Shown in pieces: positions 54,541 to 64,000 of a DNA stretch of 64,000 nt (positions within the stretch are counted from its first letter, which is position 1; every line of letters starts with the position of its first letter). The stretch is taken from assembly GCF_910592395.1 (NCBI RefSeq), contig NC_088309.1:22833923-22897922 (forward strand), in the 5' to 3' direction. Source of the DNA: Lineus longissimus. Taxonomy: Eukaryota. The position numbers and the translations under genes were made by a program. The notes under the pieces are model-generated. The model was not told the origin of the DNA. It saw only the letters and a program-made list of their open reading frames with translations, and made no database searches.

Positions 54541-55465
54541 TACCATCATCATAAGCCTATTGGACTTCGTCAAAGGTATGGAGTCCACTGTAGGCTACTG
54601 CTGACCTATGTGGGATCTTTTACTTGCCCTGGCATAGACACTCAGATACAAGTACCATCATAAGCCTATTGGATTTTGGTCAAAGGTATGGAGTTTACTG
54701 TAGGCTACTGTTGACCTATGTGGGATCTTTTACTTGCCCTGGCATAGACACTCAGATACAAGTACTATCGTAAGCCTATTGGATTTCGTCAAAGGTATGG
54801 AGTCCACTGTAGGCTACTGTTGACCTATGTGGGATCTTTTACTTGCCCTGGCATAGACACTCAGATACAAGTACCATCGTAAGCCTATTGGATTTCGTCA
54901 AAGGTATGGAGTCCACTGTAGGCTACTGTTGACCTATGTGGGATCTTTTACTTGCCCTGGCATAGACACTCAGATACAAGTACCATCGTAAGCCTATTGG
55001 ATTTTGGTCGAAGGTATGGAGTCCACTGTAGGCTACTGTTGACCTATGTGGGATCTTTTACTTGCCCTGGCATAGACACTCAGATACAAGTACCATCATA
55101 ACCCTGTTGGATTTTGGTCGAAGGTATGGAGTCCACTGTAGGCTACTGTTGACCTATGTGGGATCTTTTACTTGCCCTGGCATAGACACTCAGACACAAG
55201 TACCATCGTAAGCCTATTGGATTTCGTCAAAGGTATGGAGTCCACTTGACCTATGTGGGATCTTTTACTTGCCCTGGCATAGACACTCAGACACAAGTAC
55301 CATCGTAAGCCTATTGGATTTTCGTCAAAGGTATGGAGTCCACTGTAGGCTACTGTTGACCTATGTGGGATCTTTTACTTGCCCTGGCATAGACACTCAG
55401 ATACAAGTACCATCATAACCCTCTTGGATTTTGGTCAAAGGTATGTCATCCACCGTAGGCTAATC
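54541..55465. repeat. 118-bp minisatellite, about 8 tandem copies
   Basis: The unit is taccatcataagcctattggatttcgtcaaaggtatggagtccactgtaggctactgttgacctatgtgggatcttttacttgccctggcatagacactcagatacaag. One copy carries an 11-bp deletion, and there are a few SNP-level variants. Confidence 0.9.
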
Positions 55466-55499
55466 AATGTGTTATATAACAAATGTCTTTAGGTTATTT

Positions 55500-55815
55500 G
55501 AGATGTGTATATAAGTCATCTCGGGGTGAGATCGGTATATTATCATGTCAAGATCTCGGGTTGAGATTGGTAATATCTCAGGTTGAGGTGGGTATGTCAT
55601 TCTCAGGTTAAGATCTATAATATCTCAGGTTGAGATGGGTATATCTGTTATATCTCCAGTTGAGATGGGTCCCAGGTCGAGATCTGTGATATCTCAGGTT
55701 GAGATGGGTTTATTCTCAGGTCAAGACCTATGATATCTCATGTTGAAATGGGTATATTCTCAGGTCAAGATCTAGTATAATATCTCAGGTTGAGGGTATA
55801 TTCTTAGGTCAATAA
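55500..55815. repeat. ~42-bp minisatellite (atctcaggttgagatgggtatattctcaggtcaagatct), about 7-8 copies
   Basis: Alternating tcaggttgagatgggt and tcaggtcaagatct half-units lie directly downstream of the 118-bp array. Confidence 0.85.
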
Positions 55816-58800
55816 ACTGGTAGCATTCAGTCAAAATCAATAAACCATGTTTTAATTTCAGTTAAATATGTCCTACACTTAATATAAAGCAATGTAAATA
55901 GTCGATTTGACGGCGGCCATAAAGAAGAGCAAAGACTAATGGAGAAAGATAATCCTGTTGCGGATTATGGCTGCTCTATTTATCAAGAAGTTAGATTGCT
56001 TTGTAATGTATATTCTCCTTTGAGACCTCATAATCCACGGCTTTTATGATCAAGGAGAAAAGAACACTTTTAAAGCTGGACGTGGAGAAAATAAGTTTGA
56101 TCAATAGATGGGATGTATAAAAGGAATATAGATCTCAACCCTTTCAAGTTAAATTATGTTGTTGACACTGTTGTACTCATCCTGATGCAGCCAGGGATTA
56201 CTCTTTGCTTCTCTTGCCCTGCACACAAACCCAAGAGATATTTCCCTGCATTGGCTTAAGTACAGACGTGCATCCCCTCTTAGTCGGCTTCCAAGATTCA
56301 AGTGTCAACCTCAGTTGCAGTGCAATACTTCTATGATTTGTATGAATGGAATCGGCACTCATAAGTTGTAGAATCGAGGTTAACAACACTGAAGCCCGAG
56401 TGAGACCTTTCCCTCTCAACTGGCTTGAACTCATCGACTCAGTGGGAGTTGGGGTAATATAGCACCATGTCCATCGTCTGTCTTTGGTTCTCACTAGCTG
56501 TGGCCAAGCATGTCACAAGCATACCCTGCTGTTCAGACAGGAAGAAGAGGCCAATGGTTACAGTTATTTAGGGATAACAAATGAAGGTTTTGATACTGCC
56601 AGTGTGTATTCAGATGAAAACATGCCGGACAGGTTTTGAAATACCCTGCATGACAAGAATATGATCAATGCACCTCTTCTTCTTGGGTTTATAGCAAGGT
56701 TGCTTCTAGACAGTGGTTGTATGGGCTTGCAGCTTGTATACAGAATCCAGGTAGGATCTAGGTAAGATGAGCCCTGACCCCTGACCTGGTGATTGAAACT
56801 GACAACACAAAGATGCCGTACCGTATTTATACACATTTAGAAGCATGCGCAATATTAACAAAAACTGTTTGTTGTATTCACCCTTCATAAGCGCATGAGC
56901 GCATTCATGTTGATGAATTAGCCGTTTAGGATCAGTATGATAGGTCGCCAATAGGCCCAAGTTACCATGCTGGCGACTCAACATATCATGATATAGTGGT
57001 AAAAGATTAGATAATCTGACTGCCTTGTACAGTGCCGGCCTGTAAAATGTCACTCAGAACTCGGGTGTACTGCAAACTTTAAAAAGTAGATTCTTTGAAG
57101 AGTATAACTGCACTTCTGTATTTGGTAGGAGACACAACAACAGTATGTCATCTTGGTTTCACTTTGCTTGTTGTTGTATACACTTGCGTTAATATTCGTG
57201 AGATAAGCACAGCCTGAATAAGTGCAGTCTACCTAAATACGCATAAATACGGTAAGTATCTACAAATCTCCGTTGTCTTCCATTGGGATGCATTTTGGGG
57301 ATCAACCTATTTTTCAAGGTATGAAGGTCGATGACATAAATTTAACATTTGTGACACAAGTGACACATTTCTCGAACAAAGTTTGATTCCGTAAGCACAG
57401 GCCCAGTTAACAGTTTCAATTGTGTCGGTATCCCAAGTGGTGGTTTAAGTAAGAGAAAGGGACTTTTCTTTTTTCAAATTCTTTATTGTATATACACTCA
57501 AAGATGACAGATGCCAACTTGGAATGTTCCGTAGGAGGAAACCCGAGTACCGGGGGGAAACCTACGCAATCGGAGGGAGTCGCAACTCCGTCTTACAGGT
57601 GACAGGCGCATTGATTGTGATGACTTCATGCATGTACATTACATTTGCCGCGCCACTCCGAAAGCCCACTGAAGAAGAACCAGGAGATAGTAGCACTATC
57701 CCTTTAGAACAGGTTCAACTCCTTTACAATGCTAAATTGAGATCATACACTAGACTCTATTGCTCCAACACAAAGGTTTAAGCCCCTGCATGCATTCACA
57801 AAGGAATGAGCAAGCACTTAACCTCAGCATGCATTCATCATGTTTATTTGCATTGAAAACATGATTAAGCTATTGTATTGAAGCCTATTGTTTGTGCCCT
57901 CAGTTTAGCCATGGGAGCTTACAATAGGTTTGGTCACTCTTGTCAAATGGTTTAAGTCCCAATTTGAATAACAAAAGACCAATATTTCTCATGGCCACTG
58001 GGCACAGAGGTTTGCATGACAAAAGGAGCAGGTCTGACATGCTATTTGCATAACAAAAGATGTGTCCTTGACATGGCGAAGACTAGAAAGTCTGTTTTGC
58101 CAGATTTTTTGGCAAGTTAGAGTCTTTGATCTCATTTAGACATTTTACAAAAATGTTTATTATACATACAACAATACATAAAAAGTCAATAAAATATTAT
58201 ACAGCATAACCCTTTAAAAAACATCAAAAGTTGGATGTTTTTTTAATTACATTTTTCTTGATCAATCAGTACCAAGGTCAATCTAAAACCATCTTTACGG
58301 GGTAAAAAGAAGTTTTTCGTAACTTGCAGAGCATCATAAGGCCCTTTTGTTTCTGTGACACCACTAGGGTTGGATCAGCAACCAGTCTAGTCTGCCAAAG
58401 TCAGAAAGTTTTGATATACTGGTAAGTTTCGATAAAACAGTGAGAGTTTTAATCTTACTGTTTTAGTTTAATTGTAAAGATACCATGACTATTTGGTACC
58501 CAGGTATTACGGGAAATACCATGAACATGAAGAGACTGAGCAATTGAGCCAGCCAGTGTGATAAAGGGTTCAGGGCATCGAAGCACAGTTCGAGTTCAAA
58601 TTGTCAGTGGATTCTGTGGTACTGCAGAGATCAAGAAACAAAAATAACAGGCCTACGGTTCCATCAGACAGCATGTGCTGTTGTTTCCTGGGGTCTTAGA
58701 AACAACAACACATGGACCCCATGTCTCAAGTGATGGAGAAATTAAAATGCCATATCTGATGAATTAGGTGATGTTTATCAGAAATTTCAGTTTAAGTGAA

Positions 58801-59091
58801 CAATTTCAGGCAGTAGGGTTCACATGAGCCCAATGCCATTGGCTTCCCTTGTAACCACAAACAACTCCTTCCCCTCAGTGTTCTTACTCATTAAGCAAAC
58901 AAATCAACTTTGCTTGAAAGTTATTTGCTTGGGTTTTTGCAGGCTCCCCTGTTAGGAAGAAACAGCCTCCTCCACTCAATTGAAACCTAAAACACTCTCA
59001 ACTCAAATTCTTGAACCATGGCAAACGTAAGAGTCATTGCCATGAAGGTAAATATTTACCTTCTCATGCACAATCAGAAAATATCAGGATT

Positions 59092-59172
59092 TCATCAATT
59101 CCCTTTCAATCAGAATTTCGTTAAATCCCCTTTCAATCAGAATTTCATTAAATCACCTTTCAATCAGATATG
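59092..59172. repeat. 27-30-bp tandem triplet (CCCTTTCAATCAGAATTTCRTTAAATC)
   Basis: Three consecutive copies lie inside track ORF 59018-59203 (FPFNQNFVKSPFNQNFIKSPFNQ). Confidence 0.8.
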
Positions 59173-59634
59173 TAAGTTTACAATACAAATTATCAAAAAA
59201 TAAGGCCTACGATGACAATACATAAAAACCGCCGTCATGTCACTTGACGACGGACATGACGGCACCGGGAGCACGGCTGGGATGTGCTGGATCGCCAACA
59301 TCCTCCTCCCTCTTGGATGCTTCACCATGCTGAAAAGAAAGGGAATAACATGAAATTCAGGTTGTAAGTGCAGTCATGCTCCAGTTGATTAAAATGCCAC
59401 ATGTATGCTTGTGACAGACAGATCAACACGACCAAGTACTGTGCAAGAGTGAGATATCTGTAGGTGACAAAGCGATATCTAATTCTCTTATGACAACCAT
59501 GGTCAGATTAGTGTTCCATGGTGTTTTTAAGTCGCACAAGCTCGTGAAAGATCACAAAAACCATGCCCAAAGATGACTGAAATCAACTTAGACTTGCTGC
59601 CTCTTTGCTAACAGTAATGAAACGGCCAGGGCCA

Positions 59635-59905
59635 ACGTGCTCACCGTGTAGATATTTGATTGTTAGGAATTCATCCTGGTTAAGAAACATGCTACATGTA
59701 TAGTATATAGGTCAAACCAAAGTTAGTACATGTATAACATTTGATGCATCGTCGCTTGGAGCACCTAACATCAAAATATCATCGAAAACAAGTAACTAAT
59801 AAGCAACATTTAGCACTTTTCACCTTTTTTAGTTTGGGCCTTCTGGTGGCCAGGTGGAGGATATGATCGGATATCGAAATTCGGTGTCTGAGGTTACATG
59901 ACATA
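59635..59905. repeat. segmental duplicate of 62650-62930 (satellite unit plus flank), left partner
   Basis: caccgtgtagatatttgattgttaggaattcatcctggttaagaaacatgctacatgtatagtatataggtcaaaccaaagt... is shared with 62660-62760, and the subsequent unit sequence is also shared. Confidence 0.7.
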
Positions 59906-60587
59906 AGCCGCGTTCACACTGGGGGTTTATACTGAATCGAAACCGGAATAAGGCGCTATTCAACTTCGGTGCGTCACACTTGATTCGGTATAAATTACCT
60001 TTATACCGCTCTAGCGAAACCAGGATTTGTATCGACATCGATGCGCTACAACCAAAGCGATACAGCTAAGCCGCAATATAATTACAGTGTGACCTCTTTA
60101 TTAGTTTATTCCGCAACAAGGTGGATGACTCATCAAGCCGCGCAGGCGCAGTAGCTAATGTCACCTCTATTTCCGTTTTAGCGTATGGAGAAAACGTGTT
60201 GAAAATTTTGTCATTTCTACCACTTACTTTGAAGTATTTAGGCCCTAATTTGGTGTAATGGCGGCGAGAGGTGAAACTTGGGGTATTCCAGAGAGGCTGC
60301 TGCTCCTGCAGATCTGGCGTGATGAGGATGTTGAGGGCCAACTGACTGGTGTGCACCACAACACACCAGTTTACGATCAGGTGAATGAATGACCTTCACC
60401 CTGCAGGGCAGTTTTCTTATCTAACGTATAGGTGGCGTATGTCTATTGCGGATTGAGTGTGACGCGGTTTGTTTCGCATCGATGTCGGTTTCAAGTGCAG
60501 TGTGACCCGAACCAATACAGTGAAATTGGTTTCGGTATTTCGGAATAGGGAAGTCGGCATGAATGCGAAACAAGTGTGAACGCAGCT
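59906..60587 (+). mobile_element. Harbinger/PIF-like DNA transposon (non-autonomous or deleted): 14-bp TIRs AGCCGCGTTCACAC / GTGTGAACGCAGCT, 3-bp TSD ATA, internal Myb/SANT-like (Harbinger DNA-binding protein) ORF fragment at 60259-60390
   Basis: The element interrupts a satellite unit. Flanks read gacATA|agccgcg...cgcagct|ATAgggagtc, whereas intact units read gac(a/g)tagggagtc. There are additional subterminal inverted repeats (ggtgcgtcacacttgattcgg / ccgaaccaa..cagtgtgac). The internal + ORF is MAARGETWGIPERLLLLQIWRDEDVEGQLTGVHHNTPVYDQV followed by a gtgaat donor. This matches the W--ET--LI--W------L-G--RN--VY consensus of MADF/Myb-SANT-like proteins encoded by Harbinger elements. Confidence 0.6.
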
Positions 60588-60594
60588 ATAGGGA

Positions 60595-63460
60595 GTCATG
60601 TGTAACACATTTCAAGTTCACAGCTTTAGCATTTAAGAAACGTGCCATAGTTACACTCAAACGGCCAATTTACGCCATTTGACCTATGTCACCTTGAAAA
60701 TTAGGTAAAATCAAAAACCAGCAGGAAAATATGATGTATCCTTGCAAGGAGAACCTACCATGAAATATCATTGAAACCAAGTCACTAACAAGCGCCATAT
60801 TGCACTTTCTTCTTATAGTTTTGGCCCCCTGGTGGCCAAGTCGAGATTCAGATCAGACCGAAACTCGGTGTCAGTGGTTATATGGCGTAGGGAGTCATGC
60901 CCACCAAATTTCTAGTTCATTGCTTCCAATGGCTAATTTATACAATTTGACCTCTGTGACCTTGAAAATTAAGTCAAATCAAAAACCCGTATATATGTGA
61001 TGTATCTCTGCTAGGAGAAGCTACCATAAAAATTTAATCAAAAACGAGTCACTCATAAGAGAGATATCACACTTCTTAGATTTTCACTTCTGGGGCTTTG
61101 GTGGTCAGAATCAGATCGGACCGAAATTTAGTCTCCGAGGTCATTTGACCTAGGGGTACATAGGTACACGATTTCAAGTCAGTAACACCAGGGGTGAGTA
61201 AAAATGCTGCTATTACCTAACGGTGACGCTGATACCGAACTTGACCTCTGTGACCTTGAAGAGTTGGTCAAATCAAAAACCTGGGTTATATTTCAAACAC
61301 CCTTATAAGATGCATCTACGGTAAAATGTTCATGATTCTAGCTAGCAGCATTCATACGATATAGCCAAAAATATGTTTTCAAAGAGCGCCACCTATATGG
61401 CAGACAAGCAGTCAAATTGCGCTTATTTTCATTATGAAAAAAGGTCTTGCCTAGGGGTTGGCCGTCACAGCAAGTATGAACCTTCTAGGTCAAGTGGTTT
61501 CCACTTCTGGCCCCCTGGTGGTCAAGAATCAGATCGGACTGAAATTTAGTCTCCGAGGTCATTTGACCTAGGGGTACATAGCTGCACGATTTCAAGTCAG
61601 TAACACCAGGGGTGAAAAAACATGCTGCTAGTACCTAACCGCGATGCCGATACTTAACTTTGACCTCTGTGACCTTGAAGAGTTGGTCAAATCAAAAACC
61701 TGGGTTATATTTCAAACACCCTTATAAGATGCATCTACGGTAAAATTTTCATGATTCTAGCTAGCAGCGTTCATACGATATAGCCAAAAGTATGTTTTCA
61801 AAGAGCGCCACCTATCTGGCAGACAAGCAGTCAAATTGCACTTATTTTTTTCATTTTGAAAAAAGGTCTTGCCTAGGGGTTGGCCAACACAACAAGTATG
61901 AACCTTCTAGGTCAAGTGTTTATGAAACATGGCACTCTTTTGTCAATAGTTAACGACAAACGACGACATCGACGGATGACGACAATGGCGGACGACGACG
62001 ACGACGGACGACGGACGCCACGGTATCGTAAAAGCTTCCCTGAACAGTGAGCTAAAAATGATGCAGCGAAGGTGAAGTTGTTGACCATGTTTTTAGAGAT
62101 CATGAAAAGACACTGTAGAGTTTGGGCAAACTGCTCTCAGTTCGGGGACGGAGTGAGCTACCCACTTCCGATACCCAATGCCGATATTGGGCGCATGAAG
62201 ATCCCGATTAAAATGCAAACCCAACTGACAATACTCTATTAAGACTAATCTTTGGTAAAGATCTTGGGTAAAGGGCTTCATTTAAACTACCAGGAAGCTG
62301 ATGTCCTGAGCAACATGAGGAGTTCTTGATAGCCCATGCCTTGGTTGCCTCTGCAAATACCTCAAATATTGACAGCAGTATGATAGAACACTTTGAGAAA
62401 GACCAGGTCATGCAATTTCATTAATTTCCCTCCCAAAATCGCTCCAGAATTCCAAAACTAAAGCCCAACAAGATATACTTTATCAATTTCGACTCTCAGG
62501 AGAAGTCTTGTTATCTAACTGTAATTATATCTCAAATATAACATTGGGAAATTGTTTTATAATCGAAGAGCCCCTTGTACAGTGTTTATGTTCATGATCT
62601 CTAAATCAGGCCAATGTCTTCACCAGAGTAAGGACATTTAAAAATGAAGTGGCAAGGGGCCTTTGTGGTCACCGTATAAATATTTGGTGGATAGGAATTC
62701 ATCCTGGTTAAGAAACATGCTACATGTATAGTATATAGGTCAAACCAAAGTCGGTATGACGACATGTGATGTATCCTTGATTGGAGTACCTTCCATAAAA
62801 ATATCATTGAAAACAAGTCCCCAATGAGAGAGATATCGCACTTTTGTACCTCCTGGTGGGCAAGTCGTGAATCAGATTCAATGTCAGAGGTTATATGACG
62901 TAGGGAGTCATGTGTACCAAATTTAAAGTTCATAGCTTTAGCGGTAAGGAACGTGCCACAATAATTACACTCAAATGGCCACTTTACGCCATTTCACCTC
63001 CGTGACCTTGAAAACATGGTCAAATCAAAAACCTGTATGATATGTGATGTATCATTGCTAGGAGAACCTACCATAAAAATGTTATCGAAACGTGTCACTC
63101 ATAAGAGAGATATCACACTTTTTAGGTTTCCACTTCTGGCCCCTGGTGGCCAACTCAAGATTCGGATCAGACCGAAATTCGGTATCAGAGGTAACATGAC
63201 ATATAGGGAGTCAGTCATGTGTACCAAATCTCAAGCTAATAGCTTCAGCGGTTAAGAAACGCGCCATAGTTACAATCAAACGGCCAATTTATGCCATTTG
63301 ACCTCAGTGACCTTGAAAATCAGGTCAAATCAAAAACCTGTGGGATATGTGATGTATCCTTGCTAGGAGTACCTACCATAAAAATATCATCAAAATTTAT
63401 TATCAGAGGTCACCTGGCCTGAGGGGTCCTGTGTACAAAGTTCACAGCTCTAGCGGTTAA
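60595..63460. repeat. satellite-like array: ~270-bp units (each containing TTCTGGCCCCTGGTGGCCAAG...CAAATCAAAAACC...GCTAGGAGAACCTACCATAAAAAT) plus a ~410-bp higher-order unit duplicated at 61085-61495 / 61495-61925
   Basis: Unit copies start near 60600, 60790, 61070, 62690, 62990 and 63260. The 61085-61925 interval is a near-perfect direct duplication of about 415 bp. The interval 61925-62650 is unique sequence with a (GACGRC)n motif. Confidence 0.75.
61935..62060 (+). repeat. (GACGRC)n-...GGACGCCACGGTAT...GTGAGCTAAAAAT motif block; inverted partner at 63880-64000 and partial direct copy at 63470-63560
   Basis: The reverse complement of 63880-64000 reads ...gacgacggacgacggacgccacggtatgggataagctcacctctgctaagaggtgagctaaaaat. 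A 9-bp-stem hairpin gctcacctc/gaggtgagc is present at 63886-63909. Confidence 0.55.
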
Positions 63461-64000
63461 GTAACGTGGCACTGTTTTTAAAACAGGATACAGACGATCA
63501 CGACGATGACGGACAACGGACACAGAGGTGTTGTATAGACTCCTCTACGGTGAGCCAAAAACAAAAACTAATTCGGTTGTATTACCATGCAGTGGCATCC
63601 TTTTGCCTTGTCATAAGTGGAGCTTTCCCCGAGTCCTCAAAAGATTGTCATTAAAGTCTTTCAGAGCGACTGACGATCCTTTAGGTCATTAGAGTCTTTC
63701 AGAGTGACTGACGATCCTTTAGGTGTCCACTTCACATGTGCAGCAAACACGTTCCTTTTCTGAGAAGGTTCTGCATGCCTTAATTGGTCTGGCAAAGGCA
63801 TCGTCTCTGGACATCGGGGAGTCTCTACTGCAACATAAAAATCAAATATCATTAATTTGCTGTTGCGGTGTTTATACTATTTTTAGCTCACCTCTTAGCA
63901 GAGGTGAGCTTATCCCATACCGTGGCGTCCGTCGTCCGTCGTCGTTGTCGTTGTCGTCGTCGTCCGTCGTCCGTTAGCAGGGCACGTTTCGTAACTGTTA

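Noticed and set aside
60066-60359. 97-aa minus-strand ORF inside the Harbinger-like element
   Set aside because: The plus strand of the same interval encodes the Myb/SANT-like motif, and the minus ORF has no recognisable domain.

Overview
This window is eukaryotic (metazoan) nuclear DNA, probably from an AT-rich invertebrate genome. The six-frame ORFs are fragments of spliced exons with canonical GT/AG introns, so there are no prokaryotic operons, CRISPR arrays or defence islands. I reconstructed six intron-containing genes by hand from splice signals and protein-family motifs; exon coordinates may be off by 1-3 nt. (1) The last five exons of a HEAT/ARM-like repeat protein (+, 101-1832). (2) A complete PRKRIP1 ortholog (-, 3663-5726, 6 exons). 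(3) A voltage-gated proton channel HVCN1 ortholog (+, 6439-7555, 2 coding exons), head-to-head with PRKRIP1. (4) A TM6SF1/TM6SF2-family gene (-, 11378-14409) with a tandemly duplicated 195-nt exon pair. (5) The first 25 coding exons of the giant adhesion GPCR ADGRV1 (VLGR1/GPR98) (+, 20617-33469): a Calx-beta repeat array with a pentraxin/LamG domain at the same position as in the human protein. (6) A two-exon C-type lectin gene on the opposite strand (-, 40651-42419), possibly nested in the next ADGRV1 intron. The non-coding space holds a Tc1/mariner-type MITE family (TA-flanked TACAGTAGAACCTCTC termini, 4-5 copies). It also holds a Harbinger/PIF-like element with 14-bp TIRs and a 3-bp ATA TSD carrying a Myb/SANT-like ORF fragment, inserted into a ~270-bp satellite unit. 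The rest is repeats: a ~3.8-kb satellite region with higher-order repeats and a segmental duplication, two adjacent minisatellites (118 bp and ~42 bp), a ~200-bp tandem repeat, SINE-like tRNA-derived fragments and CpG-rich islands. No single undescribed system stands out; the most unusual items are the duplicated TM6SF exon pair, the Harbinger insertion in the satellite, and the clustered MITEs.
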